From positions 13,041 through 77,040 of the forward strand of contig CACEFK010000004.1 of assembly GCA_902558835.1 (NCBI GenBank): a stretch of DNA of 64,000 nt. Direction: 5' to 3'. Shown one piece after another: positions 9,770 through 23,686 of this stretch. Positions within the stretch are counted from its first letter, which is position 1. Each line of letters starts with the position of its first letter. Under the pieces are notes generated by a model. It was not told the origin of the DNA, searched no databases, and worked only from the letters and a program-made list of their open reading frames with translations. Position numbers and translations under genes: made by a program. The DNA is from an uncultured Pelagibacteraceae bacterium. Lineage in GTDB: Bacteria; Pseudomonadota; Alphaproteobacteria; Pelagibacterales; Pelagibacteraceae.

Positions 9770-10885
9770 ATGAATACTGAGAAAAACATAAAAACTTTAA
9801 TTGTAAAGAAACCACTAAAATTAGACTGTGGAAAGACCATAAAAGATTTTCCGATAGCCTATGAAACGTACGGTTCACTTAATTCAAAAAAAGATAATGC
9901 AATATTAGTTTTTCATGCTCTAACAGGAGATCAATTTGTAACCGGTATAAACCCTGTAACTAACAAAGAGGGTTGGTGGAGTTATGCAGTAGGTCCTGAT
10001 AAAGCTATCGATACGAATAAATATTTTGTTATTTGCTCTAACGTAATTGGTGGATGTATGGGATCATACGGACCAAGTCACAAAGATCCTGATCAAAAAA
10101 TTTTTGGAACAAATTTTCCTGTTATTACAATTAATGATATGGTGAATGCTCAATATAATTTACTTGATCATTTTGGTATTGATAAACTGTTTTCTATAAC
10201 TGGTGGTTCAATGGGAGGTATGCAAGTCCTTCAGTTTATTAGCAACTTTCCTAATAAATCCAAAACTGTGATACCAATAGCAACTACATCTAGTCATTCA
10301 GCTCAAAATATTGCTTTTAATGAGCTAGGTAGACAAGCTATTACAGCTGATAGTAACTGGAAAGATGGGAATTATACATCAAACGATACTAATCCTGGAA
10401 AAGGATTGGCAGTAGCTAGAATGGCAGCTCATATTACTTATTTATCTAAAAAAGGTTTGCAAGAAAAATTTGGAAGAAAGTTACAAGAAAGAGAAGATCT
10501 TAAATTTGGATTTGACGCTGACTTTCAAATAGAAAGTTATTTAAGATATCAGGGATCGGTTTTCGTAGATAGATTTGATGCAAATAGTTATCTTTATATT
10601 ACTAGAGCTATGGATTATTTTGATTTAGCTAAGCAATTCAAAGGTAATCTTTCAGATGCATTTATAAATACAAAAGCGAAATTTTTTATAATTTCATTTA
10701 CTTCAGATTGGCTTTATCCAACCCAAGAAAACAAAGATATTGTGATTGCTTTAAACTCAATAGGAGCTGATGTTGGATTTGTAGAAATTGAGTCAGATAA
10801 AGGTCACGACTCCTTTTTACTAGACGTTCCTGATTTCTTGAGTGCACTTAAAAACTTTTTAGATAAATCTTACGAAGAAAACTAA
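9770..10885 (+). CDS. metX: Homoserine O-acetyltransferase
   Basis: Motifs HALTGD, GGSMGGMQ, RFDANSYL and KGHDSFLL. Confidence 0.95.
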   Translation: MNTEKNIKTLIVKKPLKLDCGKTIKDFPIAYETYGSLNSKKDNAILVFHALTGDQFVTGINPVTNKEGWWSYAVGPDKAIDTNKYFVICSNVIGGCMGSYGPSHKDPDQKIFGTNFPVITINDMVNAQYNLLDHFGIDKLFSITGGSMGGMQVLQFISNFPNKSKTVIPIATTSSHSAQNIAFNELGRQAITADSNWKDGNYTSNDTNPGKGLAVARMAAHITYLSKKGLQEKFGRKLQEREDLKFGFDADFQIESYLRYQGSVFVDRFDANSYLYITRAMDYFDLAKQFKGNLSDAFINTKAKFFIISFTSDWLYPTQENKDIVIALNSIGADVGFVEIESDKGHDSFLLDVPDFLSALKNFLDKSYEEN

Positions 10886-10887
10886 TT

Positions 10888-11484
10888 ATGAAAAATGAAT
10901 TTCAGGTAATAGCAGATTTAATTGAAAAAGATAAGAAGGTCTTAGATGTTGGTTGTGCCGATGGAACTTTGATGAAATTTTTAAAGGATAATAAAAACAT
11001 AAATATAAGAGGATTAGAGATTTCAAAAGAAAAAGTGCAAGAATGTATTGCTAAAGGTTTAACTGTAATTGAAGGAAATGCTGAAAAAGATTTAAAGCAA
11101 TTTCCAGACAAATCATTTGATTATGTTGTTTTAAGTCAAACCCTTCAAGCTTTTCTTAATCCTGAATTAGTTTTAGATGAACTTTTAAGAGTTGGAAAAA
11201 AAGCAATAGTTACGATTCCTAATTTTGGATACTGGAAAGTAAGATTTCATTTATTATTTAAAGGTACAATGCCAATTACAAAAACATTACCAGATGAATG
11301 GTATAACACACCAAATTTACATATGTGTACAATCAAAGATTTTTTTCACTTTGTAAAATCAAAAGATATTAAAATTTTTAAATCACTTGCTTTAAATAAT
11401 CTTAATTCATCAATAATAAATGAGAGTAATTTAGGAGTTAAAAATTTATTTGCAGATCTAGGTATATTTTTGATAGAAAAATAA
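10888..11484 (+). CDS. metW: Methionine biosynthesis protein MetW
   Basis: VLDVGCADG SAM-binding motif, LSQTLQ and WYNTPNLHMCT. Follows metX. Confidence 0.93.
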   Translation: MKNEFQVIADLIEKDKKVLDVGCADGTLMKFLKDNKNINIRGLEISKEKVQECIAKGLTVIEGNAEKDLKQFPDKSFDYVVLSQTLQAFLNPELVLDELLRVGKKAIVTIPNFGYWKVRFHLLFKGTMPITKTLPDEWYNTPNLHMCTIKDFFHFVKSKDIKIFKSLALNNLNSSIINESNLGVKNLFADLGIFLIEK

Positions 11485-11485
11485 A

Positions 11486-12205
11486 ATGCGTATTGAAATT
11501 ATACCCTGTCTTCAAGACAACTATAGCTATTTAATAATAGACGAAAGTAACAATTTTGCGTGTGTTGTAGATCCTAGTGAGTCTGCACCAATAATAAATT
11601 TCCTTAAAAATAAAAATATAAAATTAAAATATATTCTTAATACCCATCATCATTATGATCATATCGGAGGAAATCAAGAATTAAAAAAAAAATATGGGTC
11701 AGTTGTTATAGGTTTTAAAGGAGACTCAAAAAGAATACCTGGAATAGACATATTGTTAGAAGACAATCAAATATGGAAAGCTGAAAACTTTGAAGCTAAA
11801 ATTATGCATATACCTGGACATACATCAGGACATATTTGTTTTAATTTTTTTAAAGAAAAATTAGTTTTTACTGGAGATACACTTTTCTCACTTGGCTGTG
11901 GAAGAATATTTGAAGGCTCTTATGAAGAAATGTTTGAATCTTTGAACAAAATTAAATTATTACCAAAAGAGACAAAAATTTATTGTGGTCATGAATACAC
12001 TCTTAACAATGCAAAATTTTGCAAAAAATATGATTCTGAGAATAAAGATTTGCAAAAAAAAATAGAAAAAATAGAAAAATTAAGAGAAAATGGAATTCCT
12101 ACCATACCCTCAACTTTAAAAGAGGAATTAGATTGTAATATATTTTTAAGAGCAAAAGATGTGGAAACCTTTTCAAAATTAAGAGATTTTAAGGATAATT
12201 TCTAA
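11486..12205 (+). CDS. gloB: Hydroxyacylglutathione hydrolase (glyoxalase II)
   Basis: Motifs THHHYDHIGG, PGHTSGH, FTGDTLFSLGCGR and CGHEYT. Confidence 0.95.
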   Translation: MRIEIIPCLQDNYSYLIIDESNNFACVVDPSESAPIINFLKNKNIKLKYILNTHHHYDHIGGNQELKKKYGSVVIGFKGDSKRIPGIDILLEDNQIWKAENFEAKIMHIPGHTSGHICFNFFKEKLVFTGDTLFSLGCGRIFEGSYEEMFESLNKIKLLPKETKIYCGHEYTLNNAKFCKKYDSENKDLQKKIEKIEKLRENGIPTIPSTLKEELDCNIFLRAKDVETFSKLRDFKDNF

Positions 12206-12214
12206 TTAATTCGG

Positions 12215-12243
12215 CTTGACTAAAGGCTGACTACAACTATATT
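12215..12243 (+). promoter_or_regulatory. Putative sigma70 promoter of rplU-rpmA-obgE
   Basis: CTTGACT-N16-TATATT, similar to the alphaproteobacterial CTTGAC...CTATAT consensus. Confidence 0.6.
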
Positions 12244-12269
12244 GCGGTAACTTTAAATTAAATCATACT

Positions 12270-12668
12270 ATGTCATACGCAGTAATAAAAACAGGTGGAA
12301 AACAGTATAAAGTAAAATCTGGAGAAATTCTAAAGATTGAAAAACTACCAGATTCTAAACCTGAGACTAAGATAGAGTTTAATGAAATTTTGGCATACGG
12401 TGATAACAAATCAATTGAAATTGGAACTCCAAATGTTGAGGGTGCAAAAGTAGAAGCTGATTTAATTAAAAATAGCAAAAATAGAACTATTTTAATTTTT
12501 AAAAAAAGAAGAAGACAAAATTCAAGAAGAAAAAATGGGCATAGACAAGAATATTCTATGATAAGAATTAACAAAATTTTTTCAAAAGATGGTAAAGTGT
12601 TATCAGAAGCTGAAAAAATTTCTAAAACTTCAAAAAAAGAAGAAGTTAAGGAAGCAGTAAGTAAATAG
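12270..12668 (+). CDS. rplU: 50S ribosomal protein L21
   Basis: YAVIKTGGKQYKV and KKRRRQNSRRKNGHRQ, plus a short C-terminal extension. Confidence 0.97.
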   Translation: MSYAVIKTGGKQYKVKSGEILKIEKLPDSKPETKIEFNEILAYGDNKSIEIGTPNVEGAKVEADLIKNSKNRTILIFKKRRRQNSRRKNGHRQEYSMIRINKIFSKDGKVLSEAEKISKTSKKEEVKEAVSK

Positions 12669-12682
12669 TTATTAGGTAAATT

Positions 12683-12937
12683 ATGGCAACAAAAAAAGCA
12701 GGTGGATCATCACGAAACGGACGAGATAGTGCCGGTAGAAGACTTGGTGTAAAAAAGTATGGTGGTGAAACAGTAATTCCTGGAAACATAATTGTTAGAC
12801 AAAGAGGAACTAAGATTTTTCCGGGTGAAAATGTTGGTATGGGTAAAGATCATTCAATATTTTCAGTTGTTAAAGGGAAAGTTGTCTTCAAAAAATCTAA
12901 ATCAGATAGAACTTTCGTTTCTGTAAAGCCCAATTAA
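12683..12937 (+). CDS. rpmA: 50S ribosomal protein L27
   Basis: [24 protein letters not shown]. Confidence 0.98.
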   Translation: MATKKAGGSSRNGRDSAGRRLGVKKYGGETVIPGNIIVRQRGTKIFPGENVGMGKDHSIFSVVKGKVVFKKSKSDRTFVSVKPN

Positions 12938-12953
12938 TAGTACAACCAATTAA

Positions 12954-15048
<2,095 letters not shown>

Positions 15049-16299
15049 ATGATTAAATATATGAATTTAATTGGAATAAAAGCTCGAAAAGCTAGTGAGT
15101 ATAAAATTACAACTGAAGTAAAAAATAAAGTCTTAAATGATTACGCAAAATTAATTAAGAATGAAAAAAAATTCATTATTAATCAAAATTCAAAAGATAT
15201 TAATTACGCAAGAAAAAGAGGGTTAAAAGAGAACTTAATCAAAAGACTTCATTTAAATGAGAATAAATTGAATGGAATTATAAATTCTATTTTAAAAATA
15301 GCTAAATTAAGGGATCCTATAAATAACACTTTAGAAAAATGGAAAAGACCAAATGGTTTGAGCATAAAAAGAGTATCAATACCAATTGGAGTTATTGGTG
15401 TTATTTATGAAAGTAGACCAAATGTAACTTCAGATGTTGCTAGTCTTTGTTTTAAATCTGGAAATGTAGTGATTTTGAAAGGAGGCTCTGAGGCCATAAA
15501 TTCAAATAAAGCTCTAGCTAAGTTGTTTAGAAAAGCACTTAAAAAAAATAAAGTTGATGAAAACTTTATTCAATTTATCGACTCAAAACAAAGAAAACTC
15601 GTAGATATAATGCTTTCTAAAATGAAAAAATATATCGATGTCATAATACCTCGTGGTGGAAAAAATTTAGTTAAAAAAGTTTTAGAATTATCCAAAGTAC
15701 CTATAATTGGGCATTTAGAGGGACTTTGTCATACTTATATAGATAAAGATGCAGAATTAAAAATGGCTAAGGAAGTTGTCTATAACGCTAAATTAAGAAA
15801 TACAAGTATTTGTGGTGCAACTGAAACTATTCTTATTCATAAAAATATAGTCAAAAAATTTAGTAATCCTATTTTGCAGGCACTTGAAAATAGTGGCTGT
15901 AAAATAATTGGTGATAAGATTTTAAAGAGTTATTACAAAGGTCAAATATATCCTGCAAAAGAAAAAGATTGGTCAACTGAATATTTAGCATCAATTGTAT
16001 CTGTTAAAGTTGTTAAAAATTCTGAAGAGGCAATTAAGCATATTAATAGATACGGAACTATGCACACTGACTCCATCATTACAAAAAATAAAAAAACAGC
16101 AAAATATTTCCTAAAAAATATTAAAAGCTCAATTGCAATGCATAATACCTCAACTCAATTTGCTGATGGTGGTGAATTTGGATTTGGTGGAGAAGTTGGA
16201 ATTTCTACCAATACGCTACCACCAAGAGGTCCTGTAGGTTTAAATCAATTGATTTCATATAAATATGAAATCACTAGTAATGGTAAAATAAGAAATTAA
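15049..16299 (+). CDS. proA: Gamma-glutamyl phosphate reductase
   Basis: Motifs GVIYESRPNVT, IPRGG, CGATET, FADGGEFGFGGEVGIST and RGPVGL. Confidence 0.96.
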   Translation: MIKYMNLIGIKARKASEYKITTEVKNKVLNDYAKLIKNEKKFIINQNSKDINYARKRGLKENLIKRLHLNENKLNGIINSILKIAKLRDPINNTLEKWKRPNGLSIKRVSIPIGVIGVIYESRPNVTSDVASLCFKSGNVVILKGGSEAINSNKALAKLFRKALKKNKVDENFIQFIDSKQRKLVDIMLSKMKKYIDVIIPRGGKNLVKKVLELSKVPIIGHLEGLCHTYIDKDAELKMAKEVVYNAKLRNTSICGATETILIHKNIVKKFSNPILQALENSGCKIIGDKILKSYYKGQIYPAKEKDWSTEYLASIVSVKVVKNSEEAIKHINRYGTMHTDSIITKNKKTAKYFLKNIKSSIAMHNTSTQFADGGEFGFGGEVGISTNTLPPRGPVGLNQLISYKYEITSNGKIRN

Positions 16300-16300
16300 A

Positions 16301-16822
16301 TTGAATAGCAGAAAAATAAAAATTGGTGTTTTGGGTGGATCGTTTGATCCTGCTCATAAAGGACATTTGGCAATTTCTAAGGAAGCAAAAAAAAGATTTA
16401 AACTCAAAAAAGTTATTTGGTCAATTACAAAAAAAAATCCATTTAAAATAGAGAGCGAGACATCTGTTGCTGACAGAATTAAATTCTGTAAAAAAATAAT
16501 TGGTACAAATTCATTTATTAAGGTTAAATTTTATGAAAAAATTATTAAGTCAAATAAAACTATTAATTTAATCAATCATTTAAAAAAAGATAAAAGCATT
16601 GAAATTTATTTTTTAATGGGTGCCGACAACCTTATTAATTTTCATAAATGGCATAAATCTAAATTAATTTCACAAAAATGTAATATTCTAGTTTTTGATC
16701 GACATGGGTATAAAAAAAATTCTTTAAAATCAAAGACATTTAAGCAACTTAGTAAGGCCAATCTAGAGTTTATTGAGTTTAATAAAGTCAACATTTCATC
16801 TTCTCAATTAAGAAAAATTTGA
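16301..16822 (+). CDS. nadD: Nicotinate-nucleotide adenylyltransferase
   Basis: Motifs GGSFDPAHKGH, LMGADN and ISSSQLR. TTG start. Confidence 0.92.
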   Translation: MNSRKIKIGVLGGSFDPAHKGHLAISKEAKKRFKLKKVIWSITKKNPFKIESETSVADRIKFCKKIIGTNSFIKVKFYEKIIKSNKTINLINHLKKDKSIEIYFLMGADNLINFHKWHKSKLISQKCNILVFDRHGYKKNSLKSKTFKQLSKANLEFIEFNKVNISSSQLRKI

Positions 16823-16839
16823 TAATCTAAAATCAACTA

Positions 16840-17190
16840 ATGGACAAAATTTCAGACTTAAAAGAAATTGTAATCAACACACTAGATCTCAATAAAGCTC
16901 AAGACATTGTAACTATTGATCTTAAAGACAAAAGTTCTATGGCTGATTACATGATCATAGCAAGTGGAACTTCATCTAGACATATTCAATCCTTGTCAGA
17001 ACAAGTTTTAGAAAAACTTAAAAATAATGGTGTAAGAGACTCAAAAATTGAAGGCAAAGAAAGTGGAGAATGGAAACTTGTTGATGGAATTGATTTGATT
17101 GTTCATATTTTTCACCCAGAAAAAAGAAAATTTTATGAATTAGAGAAAATTTGGTCAGAGCTAATTCCAAAAGAAAAAGTGATGATATGA
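16840..17190 (+). CDS. rsfS: Ribosome silencing factor (Iojap)
   Basis: Motifs KAQDI, IASGTSSRH, WKLVD and FYELEKIW. Confidence 0.93.
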   Translation: MDKISDLKEIVINTLDLNKAQDIVTIDLKDKSSMADYMIIASGTSSRHIQSLSEQVLEKLKNNGVRDSKIEGKESGEWKLVDGIDLIVHIFHPEKRKFYELEKIWSELIPKEKVMI

Positions 17191-18326
17191 AAAAAATTAA
17201 ATTTTTATTATTAATTTTTTTCTCTATTTTTTTCTTAAATAAAACAGTTATTTCAGCTGAAATTGATATTTATAAAAAAATTGATCTATTCGGTGAGGTT
17301 TTAGAAAAAATTAATAAAGAATATGTTGATGAATTCAACCAATCTGAAAGTATGGACTCTGCAATCAATGGACTTTTACAATCTTTAGATCCTTATTCAT
17401 CCTACATGTCGCCTAAAATATTTGATGAAATGCAAACAGAAACCAGTGGTGAGTTTGGTGGACTAGGAATTGAAGTTAGCATGGAGGCTGGTGTGGTAAA
17501 AGTAATTTCACCAATAGATGATACACCTGCATCTAGAGCTGGATTAAAAGCTGGTGACTACATAGTAAAAATAAATGATGTTCAGGTTCAAGGAAAATCA
17601 TTAAGTGAAGCTGTTGATTTAATGAGAGGACCTGTAGGTTCTGGAATAGAGTTAACAGTAAGACGAAGAGGTGAAAGAAAAGCGTTAACATTTAATATCA
17701 TAAGAGAAGTTATTCAGGTTCAATCTGTAAAATCTGAAATTATAGATGAAAATATTGGATACATCAGGCTTACATCATTTAATGATAACAGTAGTGATCA
17801 AATAGAAAAACAAATTAAAAAACTTAAAAAAGATAAAAATTTAAATTCATTTATTTTAGATTTAAGAAATAATCCTGGGGGTCTTTTGTCTCAAGCAATA
17901 AAGATATCAGATTTTTTTCTGGAAAATGGAGAGATAGTTTCAACAAAAAGCAGAAAAAAATCTGAAAATAGAAAATGGTTTGCAAAAAAAGGAGATATTA
18001 CTGACGGAAAAACATTACTAGTTTTAATTAATTATGGTTCAGCATCTGCATCTGAAATTGTTGCTGGAGCTTTAAAGGATCACAAAAGAGCAATCATCGT
18101 TGGTGAAAATAGCTTTGGTAAAGGTTCTGTGCAATCAATTATTCCTTTAAAAAATCGTGGAGCTATCAGATTAACTGTCGCAAAATATTATCTTCCCTCT
18201 GGAAAATCTATTTCTGAAGTAGGTGTTAGACCAGATATTGAAGTAAATGAAGAAGGTGATGATTTTAGAATAAAAACTGATACTGATAATCAATTAAACT
18301 ACGCTATTAAGTTACTTAACGGATAA
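17187..18326 (+). CDS. ctpA: Carboxy-terminal processing protease (S41), PDZ-containing
   Basis: Signal peptide MKKIKFLLL (ATG 17187); motifs LDPYS, DLRNNPGG, SASASEIVAGAL and GKGSVQ. Confidence 0.92.
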   Translation: MKKIKFLLLIFFSIFFLNKTVISAEIDIYKKIDLFGEVLEKINKEYVDEFNQSESMDSAINGLLQSLDPYSSYMSPKIFDEMQTETSGEFGGLGIEVSMEAGVVKVISPIDDTPASRAGLKAGDYIVKINDVQVQGKSLSEAVDLMRGPVGSGIELTVRRRGERKALTFNIIREVIQVQSVKSEIIDENIGYIRLTSFNDNSSDQIEKQIKKLKKDKNLNSFILDLRNNPGGLLSQAIKISDFFLENGEIVSTKSRKKSENRKWFAKKGDITDGKTLLVLINYGSASASEIVAGALKDHKRAIIVGENSFGKGSVQSIIPLKNRGAIRLTVAKYYLPSGKSISEVGVRPDIEVNEEGDDFRIKTDTDNQLNYAIKLLNG

Positions 18327-18327
18327 T

Positions 18328-18801
18328 ATGAATAAAAATTTTAAAGATTTACCACTGAGAAGTGGGGTCGGAATTGTGTTATTGAATAAAGAAAATAAAG
18401 TATTCGTAGCAAAAAGAATAGATAATCCTAAAAATTTTTGGCAAATGCCTCAGGGTGGTGTTGATGAGGGAGAGGATAATTTAAAAGCTGCATTTAGAGA
18501 ACTAGAGGAAGAAACAAGTATCAAAAGCGTAGAACTTATAAAAGAATTAGATGGTACATTAACCTATGATTTACCCGATAGATTACTAGGTATTATATGG
18601 AAAGGTAAGTACAAAGGTCAGAAGCAAAAATGGTTTTTAATGCGATTTATTGGAAATGATAATGAGATAAATATTAATACATCTAATCCTGAATTTTTAG
18701 ATTGGAAGTGGATTGACTTAGATTTAATTACTGATGTTGTGGTTGATTTTAAACATCATATTTACAAAGAGCTTAAAGAAAAAGTAAAAAAATTAATTTA
18801 G
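18328..18801 (+). CDS. rppH: RNA pyrophosphohydrolase (Nudix)
   Basis: WQMPQGGVDEGE...AAFRELEEET Nudix box and GQKQKWF. Confidence 0.93.
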   Translation: MNKNFKDLPLRSGVGIVLLNKENKVFVAKRIDNPKNFWQMPQGGVDEGEDNLKAAFRELEEETSIKSVELIKELDGTLTYDLPDRLLGIIWKGKYKGQKQKWFLMRFIGNDNEININTSNPEFLDWKWIDLDLITDVVVDFKHHIYKELKEKVKKLI

Positions 18802-19184
18802 AGTTTTTAGAACTTCAAGTTTTTGATCTGCTAAATACTTAGATTGATCATTTATATCAGTTTTATTAGCCTCTTCTTCTGCCTGTTTAAGTAAATCTTG
18901 TTGCTTTGATTTATCCATATCAGCAAGATTAAAAATTGTACTTGTTAAAATAGATAGATTGTTATTTTTGAACTCAACAATACCATCTTCAACATAGTAA
19001 TTTTCATCACCTGATTTTGATAAAATCTTAATTATCCCAGGTTTCAAAAAAGAAATAATAGAAATATGATCCTTCAATATCCCCATCTCTCCTTCAAAAG
19101 CAGGGACCACAACTTCTGAAACATCATCTTTTACTAAAAAAGATTTTTCAGGATTTACTATTTCAACTTTAAACTCTTCGCTCA

Positions 19185-19185
<1 letters not shown>
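18793..19185 (-). CDS. atpC: ATP synthase epsilon subunit
   Basis: VEIVNPE and GEMGILKDH; follows atpD. Confidence 0.93.
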
Positions 19186-21478
<2,293 letters not shown>

Positions 21479-21484
21479 AAGTTA

Positions 21485-23020
21485 TTAAGATTTAAAATTT
21501 CCTTTAAATTGAGTGATTACCTCAACAAGTAATTTTTCTTTATCTTCCTCAAGTTTTCCTGAACTTAAAATTGACTCAATAATTTCAGGCTTATCTGATT
21601 TACATTTTTCAATAATCTTGCTTTCAAATTCAGCAACGTCTTTTAAATCAATATCATCAAGATAACCTTTTACTCCACAAAATACTGAAATAACTTGTTC
21701 TGCAACAGTCATGGGTGAATATTGTTTTTGTTTTAAAAGTTCAGTTAGTTTAGAGCCTCTATTCAAAAGCTGCTGAGTAGATGCATCTAAATCAGATCCA
21801 AATTGAGCAAAAGCTGCCATTTCTCTGTATTGTGCTAGCTCTAATTTCATTGAACCAGAAACTTTTTTCATCGCTTTTGTTTGAGCTGATGAACCAACCC
21901 TAGATACTGATAAACCTACGTTAATTGCAGGTCTTATACCTTGGTTAAATAGTTCTGTTTCAAGGAAAATTTGTCCGTCTGTAATTGAAATAACGTTAGT
22001 TGGAATGAACGCGGATACGTCTCCACCTTGTGTTTCAATTATTGGCAGCGCTGTAAGTGATCCACCACCATGTTCGTCACTTAATTTAGCTGCTCTTTCA
22101 AGTAATCTACTATGAAGATAAAATACATCTCCAGGATAGGCCTCACGCCCTGGAGGTCTTCTCAATAGCAATGACATTTGTCTATAAGCAACTGCTTGTT
22201 TAGACAAATCATCATAAATTATTAATGCGTGCATTCCATTATCTCTAAAATACTCACCCATAGTACAACCTGTATATGGTGCTAAGAATTGTAGAGGAGC
22301 AGAGTCCGATGCAGTAGCAGCAACGATTGTTGTGTACTCCATAGCTCCAGCTTCTTCTAATGTTTTTTGAATTTGTCTTACTGTTGATCTTTTTTGTCCA
22401 ACTGCAACGTATATACAATACAGTTTTTGTTTTTCATCACCAGATTCATTGATTTTTTTTTGATTAATAATTGCATCTACTGCAACTGCTGTTTTACCAG
22501 TTTGTCTATCGCCGATAATCAATTCCCTTTGCCCTCTTCCAATCGGAACTAGACTATCAATTGACTTAAGACCAGTTTGCATTGGTTCACTTACTGATTG
22601 TCGCGGAATAATACCAGGAGCTTTTACTTCAACCCTGCTTTTTTTAATTCCTTTATCTAATGGTCCTTTTCCATCGATAGGATTTCCTAAACCATCCACT
22701 ACTCTTCCTAATAATTCTTTTCCAACTGGTGTATCAACAATATTACCAGTTCTTTTTACTACATCCCCTTCTTTAACATTTCTGTCATCACCAAAAATTA
22801 CGACACCAACGTTTTCACTTTCTAAGTTTAGAGCCATACCTTTTGAACCATCTGCAAACTCCACCATTTCACCAGCTTGAACATTATCCAAACCATAAAT
22901 CCTAGCAATACCGTCTCCAACTGATAAAACTTGACCAACTTCTGTAACTTCTGCTTTATCACCAAAATTTTTAATTTGTTCTTTTAATATTTTTGTAACT
23001 TCTGAAGGATTTATTTCCAT
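21485..23020 (-). CDS. atpA: ATP synthase alpha subunit
   Basis: GDRQTGKT and [22 protein letters not shown]. Confidence 0.99.
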   Translation of the reverse strand: MEINPSEVTKILKEQIKNFGDKAEVTEVGQVLSVGDGIARIYGLDNVQAGEMVEFADGSKGMALNLESENVGVVIFGDDRNVKEGDVVKRTGNIVDTPVGKELLGRVVDGLGNPIDGKGPLDKGIKKSRVEVKAPGIIPRQSVSEPMQTGLKSIDSLVPIGRGQRELIIGDRQTGKTAVAVDAIINQKKINESGDEKQKLYCIYVAVGQKRSTVRQIQKTLEEAGAMEYTTIVAATASDSAPLQFLAPYTGCTMGEYFRDNGMHALIIYDDLSKQAVAYRQMSLLLRRPPGREAYPGDVFYLHSRLLERAAKLSDEHGGGSLTALPIIETQGGDVSAFIPTNVISITDGQIFLETELFNQGIRPAINVGLSVSRVGSSAQTKAMKKVSGSMKLELAQYREMAAFAQFGSDLDASTQQLLNRGSKLTELLKQKQYSPMTVAEQVISVFCGVKGYLDDIDLKDVAEFESKIIEKCKSDKPEIIESILSSGKLEEDKEKLLVEVITQFKGNFKS

Positions 23021-23578
23021 TTATGCCTCTATCATTCTATTTTCGATTTGTTGTAATTTATTTTTAATTGAGGTATCGACCATAGTACTTCCTACTTGTA
23101 CTACCAAACCTCCTATTAAACTTTCATCATGTTTGTAGTTTAATTTTATTTTTGAGCTAAAATTTTTTGTTAACTCCTCTGTAATTTTTCTAATTTCTTC
23201 ATTAGATAATTCTTTTGCTGATTTTAATTCTGCCTTAAGTTCACCTCTTTTTCTTGAACAAATTTCAATAAAGCTTTTAAGGATACGTTCAATAAAAAAG
23301 AAACGTCTTTTTTGAATTAAGAAACTTAAAAAATTTTTAAATAAAGACTCAAATTTATTATTTTCAGAGATTGTATTGATTACTTTTAGTAAATCTTCTT
23401 GGCTTGTGGTTGGATCTTTAATCAAATTAGAAAAATCTTCACTTTGATCAATTAAATTAAGAATAGATGAAGACTGATCTTCGATCTGACTTAAAAGATT
23501 GTTTTCCTCTGAAAGTTCAAAAAGCGCAAGAGAGTACCTTTCAGCTGAAGTTATTGAAAATCCGGTGTCTTTACTCAA
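23021..23578 (-). CDS. atpH: ATP synthase delta subunit
   Basis: AERYSLALF and DESLIGGLVVQVGSTMVDTS. TTG start preceded by a GAGGA Shine-Dalgarno. Confidence 0.95.
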   Translation of the reverse strand: MSKDTGFSITSAERYSLALFELSEENNLLSQIEDQSSSILNLIDQSEDFSNLIKDPTTSQEDLLKVINTISENNKFESLFKNFLSFLIQKRRFFFIERILKSFIEICSRKRGELKAELKSAKELSNEEIRKITEELTKNFSSKIKLNYKHDESLIGGLVVQVGSTMVDTSIKNKLQQIENRMIEA

Positions 23579-23622
23579 CTTGGTTCCTCTATAATGTTGA
23601 AGATTATTTAAAAATCACGCCC

Positions 23623-23651
23623 TAAATAGCATATGACCCTTATGTCTTCAA
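23623..23651 (-). promoter_or_regulatory. Putative promoter of atpHAGDC
   Basis: Minus strand reads TTGAAG-N17-TATTTA with an extended -10 TG. Confidence 0.55.
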
Positions 23652-23662
23652 GTAGCGGATTC

Positions 23663-23684
23663 GTAAAAAAGGCCTCTTTTTTGC
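23663..23684 (-). terminator. Weak stem-loop immediately after the priA stop
   Basis: Minus strand GCAAAAAAG-AGGC-CTTTTTTAC; the stem is AT-rich. Confidence 0.4.
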
Positions 23685-23686
23685 GG

